A stretch of DNA of 64,000 nucleotides from Dehalococcoidia bacterium (GCA_963666115.2 CAXXET010000007.1:160001-224000), one strand, 5' to 3'; counted from the first letter of the stretch, positions 38,346 to 49,078 are shown. Program-made: numbers and translations. The notes: generated by a model from the letters alone, not told the origin.

Positions 38346-41235
38346 ACAGCGCAACCCTGCCCCCTTTGTTCCCATGACGGCTACCGACAGGCAGCACATG
38401 CTCGATGCCATCGGCGTCGACGCAGTTGACGATCTATTCGCGGATATTCCCGTTGAGTTCAGGAACCCGCAGTTGGACTTGCCGCCGGCGTTGTCCGAGC
38501 ATGACGTCGTCACGCACATGGGCCATTTGTCGGCTATGAACGTGTCCGCAGACGCCGCGCCGTCCTTCCTGGGAGGCGGGTATGCGCGGCATTACGTGCC
38601 GAACGCGGTGGGGGCGATCATCTCCCGCGGCGAGTTCTTGACGCCGTACACGCCATACCAGCCGGAGGCCAGCCAGGGCATCCTGCAAGCGCTGTTCGAG
38701 TATCAGACCGTCGTGTGCGAACTGACAGGGATGGACGCCTCCAACACCGGAATGTACGACGGGGCAAGCGGATTGGCGGAGGCTGCTCTCATGGCGTGCC
38801 GCCTGACACGGCGGCGCACGGTCGCCGTCCACGAAAGCGTCTCACCCATCTATCGCGCCGCCCTGGAGACGTATGCGGGGGCGCAGGAAATCACGGTCGT
38901 CGACGGTCTCGACGCCGCGCCCGATGGCGAACCTGCCTGCCTGATCATCCAGCAGCCTTCATATGACGGCATCATAGATGACGACCCTGATAAGCTTGCC
39001 GACGCGATTCACGAACGGGGCGGGCTGCTGGTTGTGGCCGTGGAGCCGGTGTCGCTCGCGCTAATCAGGCCGCCTGGTGAGTACGGCGCGGACATCGTCG
39101 TGGCTGAGGGGCAGCCGCTGGGAATCGCCTTGGGATTCGGCGGGCCGGGCGTCGGTTTCTTCGCGTCCAGGAATGAGTACCTGCGGCAGATGCCGGGACG
39201 CATCGTGGGGCGGAGCGTGGACACGGACGGGCGCGATGCGTTTGTACTGACGCTCCAGACGCGTGAGCAGCACATTCGCCGCGAAAAGGCGACGTCCAAT
39301 ATCTGCACGGCGGAAACGCTCGCCGCCATCGCGGTGGCAGTCCATACGGCGGCTCTCGGCCCGCAGGGACTCCGGGAGGTGGCGTTCAGCTGCTACCAGG
39401 CCACGCATAACGCGGCGCGGCGCATTGGCAAGCTGCCCGGGTTTTCGATCTACGGCGGCGAGGACGCGCTGTTCATCAAGGAATTCGTGGTCGAGTGCCC
39501 GGCGCCGCCCGCCGAGGTCAACCGGCGGCTGTGGGAGAACCACGGCATCATCGGCGGCATCGACGTATCCGACCGCGTGCCGAACGGTCTCCTGCTCTGC
39601 ATCACGGAAACATCGACCACGTCCGACATCGATCGGCTCGTGGGCGCTCTTGCCCGTATCGCTGGCGTGGACTCACCGGAAAGTGGCGACGGTGACGCGA
39701 CAGCGACAAGCCTCTCGGACTGGCCGGCCATCGAGACACCGGCAGGCGGGGACGCGATCGTGCTGGCCACCGGCGACCCTGAGCAGATGCGCGTGCCGCT
39801 GTTGCTGGATATTTCACGACCGGCGCGGCGCGGCGTGACCACACCCGTTCCCGCGGTTCCGCCAACGGCGCCACCGCTTCCCGAGTCAACGCTACGCAGG
39901 GAACTGCTGTTGCCGGAGATCAGCGAGCTGGACGTGGTGCGGTATTTCACGCGCATCAGCCAGTCGAATTACGCCGTCGATACCACGTTCTACCCGCTCG
40001 GCTCCTGCACGATGAAGTACAACCCGCGGGTGAATGAGACGGTGGCGGGGATGCCGGGGTTCGCGAACGCGCATCCCTACCTGCCGCCGGAGGTCTGCGC
40101 TGGCACGCTGGGAGCGCTCTACAGCCTGCAGGAGATGCTGGCGAGCGTGGTGGGGATGGATGCGACGAGCCTCGCGCCGTCGGCAGGCGCGCACGGCGAG
40201 CTGACGGGGATGCTCCTGTTCCGCGCCTACCATCGGAGCCGGAACGACAGTAAGCGCACGGTCGTCCTCTCGCCGGACTCGTCGCACGGGACGAATCCTG
40301 CGTCGGCGGCGATGGCAGGATTCACGCTCGTGACCGTGCCGACCGATCCGGTCGGCAACGTGGACATGGACGCGCTTCGTCCGCTCCTGGGGCCGGAAGT
40401 GGCGGGCATCATGCTGACGATGCCGACGACGCTGGGGCTGTTCGATCCGAACACCGCCGAGATCTGCCGCCTCATCCATGAGGCCGGGGGGCTGGTGTAC
40501 GGGGACGGGGCGAATCTGAACGCGCTGCTGGGCCGGGCGAGGCTGGGCGACCTGGGCTTTGACATCGTGCATATCAATGTTCACAAGACGTTTTCGACGC
40601 CGCACGGCGGCGGCGGGCCGGGCGCGGGCCCCGTCTGCGTCACGGAGCGGCTGGCGGAGTTCCTGCCGACGCCGCACGTGGAGCGCCGCGATGACGGGAT
40701 GCTGCACCTGGCGGCGCCCGCGCAGTCCGTCGGCCGCATCGGCTCGGCGGCGGGGAACGTCGGGGTGCTGCTGCGCGCGTACACGTATTTCCGGATGCAC
40801 GGGGCGGACGGGCTGAAAGAGGTGAGCGGGGCGGCGGTGCTGAACGCGAACTACATCCGCGCCCGCCTGAAGGAACACTACCATCTGCAATACGACCGCA
40901 TCTGCATGCACGAGGCGGTCTTCTCGGCCACGCGGCAGCGGCGGCAGCACGACGTGCGGGCGGGAGACATCTGCAAGCGGCTGCTTGACCACGGCTTCTA
41001 CGCGCCGACGGTCTATTTCCCGCTGATCGTGGAAGAGGCGCTGATGATCGAGCCAACGGAGACGGAGAGCCGCGAGACGCTGGATGCATTCATCGACGCG
41101 ATGATCTCCATCTCGCAGGAGGCATCGGAGAACCCTGACCTGGTTCGGGGCGCGCCGCACAAAACACCGGTCCGCCGGATTGATGAGGCGCTGGCGGCGC
41201 GGCGGCCGGTGCTAAGGTGGATGGGGCGGGAGTGA
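38338..41235 (+). CDS. gcvP: Glycine dehydrogenase, fused GcvPA-GcvPB polypeptide
   Basis: PA half (TPYQPEASQG, QTREQHIRREKATSNICT) in frame with PB half (YPLGSCTMKYN, HGTNPASA, HKTFSTPHGGGGPG, MIEPTETES) through a low-complexity linker. Confidence 0.93.
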   Translation: MTEQRNPAPFVPMTATDRQHMLDAIGVDAVDDLFADIPVEFRNPQLDLPPALSEHDVVTHMGHLSAMNVSADAAPSFLGGGYARHYVPNAVGAIISRGEFLTPYTPYQPEASQGILQALFEYQTVVCELTGMDASNTGMYDGASGLAEAALMACRLTRRRTVAVHESVSPIYRAALETYAGAQEITVVDGLDAAPDGEPACLIIQQPSYDGIIDDDPDKLADAIHERGGLLVVAVEPVSLALIRPPGEYGADIVVAEGQPLGIALGFGGPGVGFFASRNEYLRQMPGRIVGRSVDTDGRDAFVLTLQTREQHIRREKATSNICTAETLAAIAVAVHTAALGPQGLREVAFSCYQATHNAARRIGKLPGFSIYGGEDALFIKEFVVECPAPPAEVNRRLWENHGIIGGIDVSDRVPNGLLLCITETSTTSDIDRLVGALARIAGVDSPESGDGDATATSLSDWPAIETPAGGDAIVLATGDPEQMRVPLLLDISRPARRGVTTPVPAVPPTAPPLPESTLRRELLLPEISELDVVRYFTRISQSNYAVDTTFYPLGSCTMKYNPRVNETVAGMPGFANAHPYLPPEVCAGTLGALYSLQEMLASVVGMDATSLAPSAGAHGELTGMLLFRAYHRSRNDSKRTVVLSPDSSHGTNPASAAMAGFTLVTVPTDPVGNVDMDALRPLLGPEVAGIMLTMPTTLGLFDPNTAEICRLIHEAGGLVYGDGANLNALLGRARLGDLGFDIVHINVHKTFSTPHGGGGPGAGPVCVTERLAEFLPTPHVERRDDGMLHLAAPAQSVGRIGSAAGNVGVLLRAYTYFRMHGADGLKEVSGAAVLNANYIRARLKEHYHLQYDRICMHEAVFSATRQRRQHDVRAGDICKRLLDHGFYAPTVYFPLIVEEALMIEPTETESRETLDAFIDAMISISQEASENPDLVRGAPHKTPVRRIDEALAARRPVLRWMGRE

Positions 41236-41254
41236 GGTTGTCGGGGGGAAACGC

Positions 41255-43020
41255 ATGGCATCTAAAGCAAGGAATCCCGTCCGGGTGGGACCGACAACGC
41301 AGTCAAGAACTGCTACTGGGCGCCTCTCCGCGTTCCAAGTCGAGGTTTGGCACGATGGCCTGGGTGAACACCGCGTCCTGAAGGATCGTGACCCAGGTGT
41401 CTTGCAGAACAAGCTGGAAGCCCTCCAGCACCGTTGGTCAGAGAAATACGGCATACTTCTTGAGCGCAGAGATCGTGAGGCGCGTCGTCAAGGGGCAAAG
41501 ATACCGCCGAAGAGCTCACAAGGGAGGCTCAAGTAGCGTTACAAGAAAGCCGCGACATATTGCGGCACGCGCTACGAACAGATATTCGTTTTGATTGGGA
41601 ATCGCTCAAGAACCATTCCCCCATGATTCGCAAGTCAAAGGGAACTGCAGGTATAAAGTACGATCCCCAGACAGGCAGACCTGCGGCCTGTATTTCAGTT
41701 GAACCTCGACGAGAAAATCGTCCGACCTATAGGCAACCCAATTTGAGCTTCTGGGATCGCATTGCAGGGAAAAAAGAGGGCAAGGAAGAACTGGCCCGGC
41801 TTGAATTCGACCAGGCACTTCGTGGATGGCAAGAAAGGCAACAAGCTGAATCAGACAGAGTGGAGCGCCTGGATCTGGAACGTCAGCAGATTCTGGTCGC
41901 CGAGCAAGAGGAGTGGGATACTGAACTCGCGGAATACAAGGCGAATCAAGAGGCGACCAATGCCGAGGTTGATGCTCTGCGCCACAAGTACGAGGAGTGG
42001 GCGGGAGACAGTAGCCAGACCATTGAGGAGCACACCGAACTGGTACTGAACGCCTCCGACTATCCAGACTGGATTAAGGTCGACTTTGATCTCGGCTACA
42101 AAGTTGAGACCAGGACGATCATTATCAACTACACGCTGCCGCAGAGAGCATCGATGCCTACAGTCCAGAGTGTTACTTATGTTCAGACCCGTGACGAATT
42201 ACAGCAAAAGGTCATCTCAAAGCGCGAACAGGAGCAATTGTACGAAGGTGCGCTGCACCAGATTGCTCTTCGCACGATGTACGAGCTCTATAGCACAGAC
42301 GATGCCAAGGCCCTCGATGCCATTGTTTTCAACGGTTGGGTCGAGAGCACTAATCCGGCGACTGGGCAGTCCGGCAATAACTGCATCATGTCCATACAAG
42401 CACGTCGTGAAGAGTTTCTCAAGATAAACCTTGAATCAGTCGAACCTCAAGCCTGCTATCGCGCACTAAGGGGCGTGTCAGCGGCGAAATTGGCGACTCT
42501 TACACCTGTCCAGCCGATTTTGCAACTTGACACTGGCGACAGACGGTTTGTCGAGTCCAGGGACGTCACCAGTGATCTGTCAGACGAATCGAACCTAGCA
42601 ACCATGGATTGGGAGGACTTTGAACATTTGGTGCGGGAGATATTCGAAAGAGAGTTTGTGTCTCATGGGGGAGAGGTAAAGGTCACTCAGGCAAGCAGGG
42701 ATGGCGGTGTAGACGCGGTTGCCTACGACCCTGACCCGATTCGCGGTGGAAAATATGTTATACAGGCTAAGCGCTATACCCGGACGGTACCCGTAAGCGC
42801 GGTCAGGGAACTGCACGGCACAGTCACCAAAGAGGGTGCCAACCGTGGCATCTTGGTAACCACGTCAGATTATGGCGCCGATTCGGTCAGTTACGCCAAG
42901 GATCTGCCGATCACGCTGATCAACGGCTCCGAACTCCTGTCACTGCTGGAAAAGCATGGTCACAGCGCCCGGATTGATCTGAATGAGGCGCGGGAACTGA
43001 GGGGCAACGAGAGCGGTTAG
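41255..43020 (+). CDS. Mrr-family restriction endonuclease with long N-terminal region; frameshift at about 41492
   Basis: C-terminal W.DFEHLV, T.ASRDGGVD, IQAKRY, VREL.G, GILVTTS and LING Mrr catalytic motifs. The upstream ORF 41255-41536 joins in frame if one base is added in GGGG 41492-41495. Confidence 0.85.
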
Positions 43021-43103
43021 GCCCACTCGCTAGGCTTCTAGAGGGCAAGAGTAGAATCCTCTTGTCTACGACTGATCCGTTGGGTCGGCAGGGACAACCC
43101 CGA

Positions 43104-43129
43104 TGGATTTCGGCTTTCGCCGGAGTGAG
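43104..43129. repeat. Short palindromic (REP-like) element
   Basis: tggatttcggctttcgccggagtgag, same family as the copies at 16749, 46080, 59382 and 62031. Confidence 0.55.
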
Positions 43130-43152
43130 GGGAGCAGCATGGCGGACTAGCT

Positions 43153-43392
43153 ATGTTGCCACTGTATGCCGGACGGTCAATACTGATTCCAGTGAGAGCA
43201 TCGCAATCATGCGAACTTTCCACACGATTGGAGGTGCCGATGGCCAGCAATACGGAATGCACGAGTGACCATGGCGCGCCGGCCGAGAAACTCGGCACGA
43301 CGATACACGAAATCTTCAAGCCGTTCGGTGGCGTTGAACTGCCAATCCCTCCCCGTGAACCCATGCGTGAGCCGCCTCAGTTTGGCGACTGA
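43153..43392 (+). pseudogene. FitA/StbC-like antitoxin remnant
   Basis: LGTTIHEIFKPFGGVELPIPPREPMREPP.F resembles the C-terminus of plasmid-stability antitoxins; the N-terminal ribbon-helix-helix looks degenerate and no PIN toxin follows. Confidence 0.5.
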
Positions 43393-43443
43393 GCGCAATC
43401 AAATGTATATCGCCGAATTCAACCCCTGCACCTCAAAGCCAGT

Positions 43444-44424
43444 ATGAACAGCGATCAAGGACCGCGCGCCTCGGAAACCCGCCAATTTGGCCCGCCGGAG
43501 CTTGGTGTCTCGATTGCGCCTTTGGGGGTGGGGGCGTGGCCCTGGGGGTCTACGTGGTATTGGGGGTACGGGAAATCGTACGGCGAGGATGACGTGCGCG
43601 GAGCGTTCCGGGCATCGCTCGCGGCGGGCGTGACGCTGTTCGATACGGCGGAGGTGTATGGGCGGCGGGGCAGTTCGGAGAGGATTCTTGGGCGGTTGGC
43701 GGGAGAGTTGGATGAGGAGTCGGCGGGCGGAGAGCGTCCGTTTGTTGCGACGAAGTATATGCCGCTGCCGTGGCGGTGGCGGGCGGGTGACGTGACGCGC
43801 GCGCTACGGGCGAGCCTGCGGCGTCTTGGGCTGGAGCGCGTCGATCTGTACCAGATTCACTGGCCGGTTGTGCCAGCGCGTCCGCGGCTTGGGCAGTGGA
43901 TGGAGGGTTTGGTCCGGGCGCACGGCGAGGGTCTGGTGGCGTCGGTCGGGGTATCCAACTTTGATGCCGAGTTGACCAGGCGGGCGCATGAGCTTCTGTC
44001 TCGCGCGGGCATCCCGCTGGCGTCCAATCAACTGCCCTACAGCCTGCTCGATCGGCACATCGAGCACGAGGGTTTGCTTGACGCGTGCAGGGAACTGGAC
44101 ATGACGGTGATCGCCTACAGCCCGATTGCGGAGGGGCTGCTGACGGGGAAGTACACTCCGGATGATCGTCCTGCCGGCTATCGGGGGTGGCGGCTGCGGA
44201 AAAAGGTGGTGCAGGTTCAGCCGATAGTCGAGGCGCTGCGTGAGATCGGAGAGCGGCATGAGGGCAAGACACCATCGCAGGTGGCGCTACGCTGGCTGAT
44301 CCAGAAGGGAACTCTCCCAATCCCCGGCGCGAAGACAGCACAGCAAGCGACGGACAACGCGGGGGCGCTGGGGTGGGAACTCACGGAGGAGGAGATGGCG
44401 GCGCTGGATGACGTCTCAGCCTGA
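43444..44424 (+). CDS. Aldo/keto reductase
   Basis: FDTAEVYG, ATK, DLYQIHWP, VGVSNF, AYSPIAEGLLTGKY and PIPGAK motifs. Confidence 0.95.
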   Translation: MNSDQGPRASETRQFGPPELGVSIAPLGVGAWPWGSTWYWGYGKSYGEDDVRGAFRASLAAGVTLFDTAEVYGRRGSSERILGRLAGELDEESAGGERPFVATKYMPLPWRWRAGDVTRALRASLRRLGLERVDLYQIHWPVVPARPRLGQWMEGLVRAHGEGLVASVGVSNFDAELTRRAHELLSRAGIPLASNQLPYSLLDRHIEHEGLLDACRELDMTVIAYSPIAEGLLTGKYTPDDRPAGYRGWRLRKKVVQVQPIVEALREIGERHEGKTPSQVALRWLIQKGTLPIPGAKTAQQATDNAGALGWELTEEEMAALDDVSA

Positions 44425-44500
44425 TTAGTCCCCCGCTTTACGTGCGGCGCGCTGTCCGCCTACGATTTGCCCAGACCGTTCGGGGCTTGGGGGGTGATTC

Positions 44501-45277
44501 ATGACGATGCAGTTGGATGACGTCAAGCGAGAAGTGGCCATTGCCAATCGGGTGCTGCCGGATATCGGGCTGGCGTCAGGGGTTCTGGGATCGCTTGGAC
44601 ACGTGAGCATGCGCGTGCCGGACAATCCTGAGACGTTCGTGGTCAAGGGACGCGGCTACGCCATCGACGCGCTCGCCCGCGCGGAGCCGGAGGGGATGGT
44701 CGTGTGCGACCTCGACGGGTTCAAGGTCGGCGGGCCACCCGGCATCACGCAGTGCTTTGAGGTGAAGATTCACTCCGCCATCTTTCGCGCGCGGCCTGAC
44801 GTGCAGTCCATCGTCCACGTCCATCCGCGCTTCGCAATCGTCATGGGCATTCTCGGAGTCACCCTTGTGCCGATGTGCCGCGAGGGGTTGGAGCTTGTGG
44901 AAGAGCCGGTTCCTGTCTTTCCGCATAGCAGGCTGATCCTGACGGAGGAGGACGGCGTTGGCGTGGCTGAGGCGCTGGGCGACGCGACGGTGCTCATGCT
45001 GCAAGGGCATGGGGCGGTGAGCGTGGGCACGTCGACAGGGGACGCCGTGATGAACATGGCGCACCTGGAGGAGCAGGCGCGGATGAACTGGTACGCGTAC
45101 GCGGCGGCGGGGCCCGGCCATGCGCGGATTACGGAGGAGCAGATCGCGGAAAACAACGCTCAGCCGCCGACGGCTGAACTGCCGCACTTCCGGGAGCTGG
45201 TGAGTGGCACGCGGGCGCAGGCGGCGGTTGGCGGCGTGTGGCGGCATTTGGCGGCGAACGCGGCAGAGGGACTATAG
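44501..45277 (+). CDS. Class II aldolase/adducin family protein
   Basis: GHVSMR, E..IH..I.RARPDV..IVHVHP and L.GHGAV motifs. Confidence 0.9.
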   Translation: MTMQLDDVKREVAIANRVLPDIGLASGVLGSLGHVSMRVPDNPETFVVKGRGYAIDALARAEPEGMVVCDLDGFKVGGPPGITQCFEVKIHSAIFRARPDVQSIVHVHPRFAIVMGILGVTLVPMCREGLELVEEPVPVFPHSRLILTEEDGVGVAEALGDATVLMLQGHGAVSVGTSTGDAVMNMAHLEEQARMNWYAYAAAGPGHARITEEQIAENNAQPPTAELPHFRELVSGTRAQAAVGGVWRHLAANAAEGL

Positions 45278-45301
45278 GAAACGGCGGGGAGGCTGTACGG
45301 C

Positions 45302-46078
45302 ATGGACCTGGGAATCGCGGGAAAGGTCGCGCTCGTTACGGGCGGGAGCAGGGGACTGGGACGGCAGGCGGCGTTGAGCCTTGCCGGCGAGGGCGCGAAA
45401 GTCGCTATCTGCGCTCGCACACAGGAGAATCTCGATGTCGTTCTGCCGGAGTTGACGGCGGCGGGCGCGCCCGCCGCCGCTGCGATAGCCGCGGACGTCA
45501 CCGACGCCGCCTCGCTGGAGCAGCTGCGCGAGGCAGTCGTCGAACAGCTTGGGCCGGTGGACATCCTCGTGAACAACGCGGGCGCGAGCCGGCGGGGCGA
45601 CGTGCTGGCGATCGGCGAGGAGGAGTGGTCGGACCTGTGGGCGCTGAACGTCTTGGGGCCGATACGGCTGAGCCGCCTTGTACTGCCGGGGATGCAGGAG
45701 CGGCAGTGGGGGCGCATCGTCAACGTATCGTCCATCTGGGGGCGCGAGCACGGCGGCGGCGTGGCGTATATGACCACCAAGGCGGCGCTCATCGCGTTTA
45801 CCAAGAGCACGGCGTTGAGTTATGCGAAGGACGGGATACTGATCAACTCCGTCGCGCCGGGGTCGGTGGTGTTTCCGACGGGGAGTTGGGATCGGTTCCA
45901 GACGCAGAACGAGCCGGACGTGGTGCGGGACTTCATCGCCAACAACCTGCCGATGGGGCGGTTCGGGTGGCCGGAGCCGGTGGGCGACCTGATTGCGTTT
46001 CTGTGCTCGGAGCGGGCAGGATTCCTGACGGGGACGACAATCAACATTGACGGGGGGCAGTCACGGAGTTTGATCTAG
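45302..46078 (+). CDS. Short-chain dehydrogenase/reductase
   Basis: TGGSRGLG, NNAG and YMTTK motifs. Confidence 0.93.
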   Translation: MDLGIAGKVALVTGGSRGLGRQAALSLAGEGAKVAICARTQENLDVVLPELTAAGAPAAAAIAADVTDAASLEQLREAVVEQLGPVDILVNNAGASRRGDVLAIGEEEWSDLWALNVLGPIRLSRLVLPGMQERQWGRIVNVSSIWGREHGGGVAYMTTKAALIAFTKSTALSYAKDGILINSVAPGSVVFPTGSWDRFQTQNEPDVVRDFIANNLPMGRFGWPEPVGDLIAFLCSERAGFLTGTTINIDGGQSRSLI

Positions 46079-46079
46079 G

Positions 46080-46103
46080 TTCCCGCTTTCGCGGGAATGA
46101 CGG
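46080..46103. repeat. Short palindromic (REP-like) element
   Basis: ttcccgctttcgcgggaatgacgg hairpin directly after the SDR stop codon. Confidence 0.65.
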
Positions 46104-46213
46104 ATGGGGGGTTGGGGTATACTTACGTCAAGAGAGTTTTTTGAAACGGTTCAAAATGGGCTGTTTCGCAGACGAGGAGGTGTCCTACGGCCCCTGACAA
46201 CGCAAGCTCGGCC

Positions 46214-46900
46214 TTGACTGATGAGCTCCGCCCGTGGCGCGAGGGCAACGAGCGCATCGCCATCTTTATCGACGGGAGCAACTTATATCACGCCCTGGAG
46301 GAATCCTGCTCACGGACTGATCTGGATTTCGCAGCGTTCATCCAGTGGATCGCGGGGGAGCGTCCTCTCTTCCGGACGTACTACTACAACATCATCCAGG
46401 ATGAGAAGCGCCGCCCCACGGAATACGCGCAGCAGCAGCGGTTCTTGCAGGCGCTGCACCTGATCCCCTACGTGGAGACGCGGTTCGGCACGACGCGCGT
46501 CCGCGGCGACCAGATCGTCGAGAAGGGCGTGGACATCATGCTCGCAACAGACCTGCTGTACTACGCGTGGCAGGACTATTACGACATGGCGGTGCTGGTG
46601 TCCGGCGACGGTGATTTCGCCTATGCCATCCAGACGCTCAAGAACCTCGGCAAGTACGTGCAGGTTGTGACGTTCGAATCGAACCAGTCGCCTGATCTGT
46701 GGGAGAAGGCCGACCTCCGCACGCTTCTCACGCCGGACCTGCTGACCCAGGAGAACCTGTGGGTGAACAAGGAGCCGGCGCGCAAGAGGCGGCGTCGAAC
46801 GACGAACGGGACGACGCGCCGCACGCCGCGTAAGTCTGCGGCCTCGTCAGCCCCTGCATCCTCAAACGGGCGGGCAGCGGAGCCTGTGGCGGCGCAATAG
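46214..46900 (+). CDS. NYN domain (LabA/DUF88) protein
   Basis: IFIDGSNLY, EKGVDIMLATD and LVSGDGDF motifs; basic C-terminal tail. Confidence 0.92.
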   Translation: MTDELRPWREGNERIAIFIDGSNLYHALEESCSRTDLDFAAFIQWIAGERPLFRTYYYNIIQDEKRRPTEYAQQQRFLQALHLIPYVETRFGTTRVRGDQIVEKGVDIMLATDLLYYAWQDYYDMAVLVSGDGDFAYAIQTLKNLGKYVQVVTFESNQSPDLWEKADLRTLLTPDLLTQENLWVNKEPARKRRRRTTNGTTRRTPRKSAASSAPASSNGRAAEPVAAQ

Positions 46901-46911
46901 GCGCGCCCCGG

Positions 46912-48942
46912 CTAACCCAGGTCGCCCTGATCCCGGCCGCTCGCGTCCTTCCAGGCGGATTCTCGCCATGGGAAGATGTTTGCGGAAGTATCCAGGAGGG
47001 GGAAGTCCTCCCCGGGGTGGAAGACGGCAACGCCGTTTGCCGTGCCAATCCACAGGTTGCCGTTTCGATCCAGCAGGAGTTCATTGACGCGGTTATGGGG
47101 CAGCGGCGTTGACTGTGCCGTGTAGACCATCCACAGTTCGTCGTTCACAAGCCCAATGACGCCGCCGTCCGTGCCCACCCAGTAGCGGCCCGTGGCCGTG
47201 TCTTCGGCGAAGGATCGAACATTGTCGTTGGGGAGGCCTCCATTGGCGCGATTCAGCTTGCTCCACTGCTGGCCGTCAAAGATGGCTGCACCATCGCCGA
47301 TTGTGCCGAACCACATACGGCCCCGGCTGTCCTCGCGGGAGGCGAGGACGAGGTCAGTGCGGATGTCGGCGTTCTCCGTGCGGAGGCTGTTCCAGACGCC
47401 GTTGTCGAGAATGTTGATGCCCTGCCAGTGCGTGAGCCAGACGCGGCCCGCGGAATCTTCCGTGACGACGCTGATGATGTTGGTGTTCAGGCCGTCGCCG
47501 CGGTTATGGAGAGTCCACTCGCCGTCTTCGAGGACGGCGGCACCAAGGCCGGTGGCAAACCACACCCGGTCATTGCTGTCGTAATAGACGTTGAAGAGGG
47601 AATTGCTGGGCAGGCGCTGCTCTCCGTCCGCGTCGCCGAACCTGTCGTATTCAATCCATTCGCCGTGGTTGTAGACGGAGCCGCCGCTCAGGGTGGAAAT
47701 CCATATCCGGCCATACTTGTCTTCCGCGAGGCCGGTCACATAGCGATAGGCGAGGCCGCTGTTTCCCTGCGTAAAGGTCTCCCAGGCGCGCCCGTCGAAC
47801 TTGGCGACCCCCTGGGACGTGCCCACCCAGATGTTGCCCTGGCTGTCTTCCAGGAGGCCGTAGACGTCATTGGCGGGGAGGCCGGTTTCCGTCGGGAAGA
47901 GCCATTCGTAGGTCTCTTCCGCAGGGTCATAAATGTTGACGCCGCCGCCAAAGGTCACGATCCACAACGTTCCGTCTTCGTCGAAGTGGAGGTCTTCAAT
48001 GAAGTGATGCGACAGTTCGCGATAGCGCGTGCTGAGGGGTTCGGAGAACGACCCGCCGTCAAAGCTCGCCAGGCCGACTTCCGTTCCGATCCACAAGAGC
48101 TCCTCATCGTTGACCGTGTCCTCGTCTGGGGGCTGGACGGCAAGGGCCGTCACGAAGTTGGAGGGCATGCCGTTTTGGATGGTATACGCGTCTTCCCGCC
48201 ATTCGCCGTCGGCGCGCAGCACATTCAGGCCGCCGCCGTACGCGCCGATGTACAGATCGCCCTTGGAGTCCTCTAGGAAGACACGGATTTCGTTCGAGGC
48301 AAGAGGGCTGTTGTCCTTTGTGTAAACGGTTCGGCTGCCGTCCACCTCAAACACCACGATGCCGTCCTTCGAACCGACCCAGATACTGCCCTCCGCGTCC
48401 TCGTAAAAAGTCCAGATGCGATCGTCTGGAAGACCGTCGTCTACGCCGAATGATCTCCACCGCCCATCTTCAAAGAGCCGGATGCCCTCGCCCCAGGTGC
48501 CGACCCATATTCGCTCCTGGCTGTCGAGCAGGAGAGCAGAGACAAACACTCCGTCCAGGCCAATACTGTCCGCGTCATCGAGGGGGGACCACTGGCCCTC
48601 GTCCAGCACCACGATGCCGTCCTCCGTGCCGACCCAAACGGAGCCGCCCGGATGGTGGATGAACGAGGTCACGCGCGCGGTGATGCCGCTGTTGTCCGCG
48701 TTATACGTGATGAGCGCCCCGTCGTCATAGAGAGACGCGCCATTGTCGAAGCCCGCGAACCACTTGCGCCCATGGGCGTCTTCGTAGATTTCCGTGAGAT
48801 ACCAGCTTGCGATGCTGGTGTTCTCGACGTTGTACACGGTCCACAGGCCGCGGCCTGAGTTGGTCTGCTCGCCGCCGCCTGCGGCGCCAACGAGGACAAG
48901 CATCACCAGGGATGCCAGCGAGATGCCGCGTACTGCCCTCAA
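46912..48942 (-). CDS. Secreted beta-propeller protein (two-component regulator propeller-type repeats, no kinase domain)
   Basis: Signal peptide after TTG 48942; many L..N.V..L.ED..G..W.GT..G repeats. Confidence 0.85.
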   Translation of the reverse strand: MRAVRGISLASLVMLVLVGAAGGGEQTNSGRGLWTVYNVENTSIASWYLTEIYEDAHGRKWFAGFDNGASLYDDGALITYNADNSGITARVTSFIHHPGGSVWVGTEDGIVVLDEGQWSPLDDADSIGLDGVFVSALLLDSQERIWVGTWGEGIRLFEDGRWRSFGVDDGLPDDRIWTFYEDAEGSIWVGSKDGIVVFEVDGSRTVYTKDNSPLASNEIRVFLEDSKGDLYIGAYGGGLNVLRADGEWREDAYTIQNGMPSNFVTALAVQPPDEDTVNDEELLWIGTEVGLASFDGGSFSEPLSTRYRELSHHFIEDLHFDEDGTLWIVTFGGGVNIYDPAEETYEWLFPTETGLPANDVYGLLEDSQGNIWVGTSQGVAKFDGRAWETFTQGNSGLAYRYVTGLAEDKYGRIWISTLSGGSVYNHGEWIEYDRFGDADGEQRLPSNSLFNVYYDSNDRVWFATGLGAAVLEDGEWTLHNRGDGLNTNIISVVTEDSAGRVWLTHWQGINILDNGVWNSLRTENADIRTDLVLASREDSRGRMWFGTIGDGAAIFDGQQWSKLNRANGGLPNDNVRSFAEDTATGRYWVGTDGGVIGLVNDELWMVYTAQSTPLPHNRVNELLLDRNGNLWIGTANGVAVFHPGEDFPLLDTSANIFPWRESAWKDASGRDQGDLG

Positions 48943-49078
48943 AGTCTCTTCCCCCTTTGACCACACAGTGTAGCGCGGAATGAGGGGTGTGGTACGATAC
49001 CCGTGTCCGAAAATGCCAGGAGCAGCGCGAATCAGTGGTGGGGCCACCTGAGCTGCCTTGCGCAAAAGGGGGTACCAA

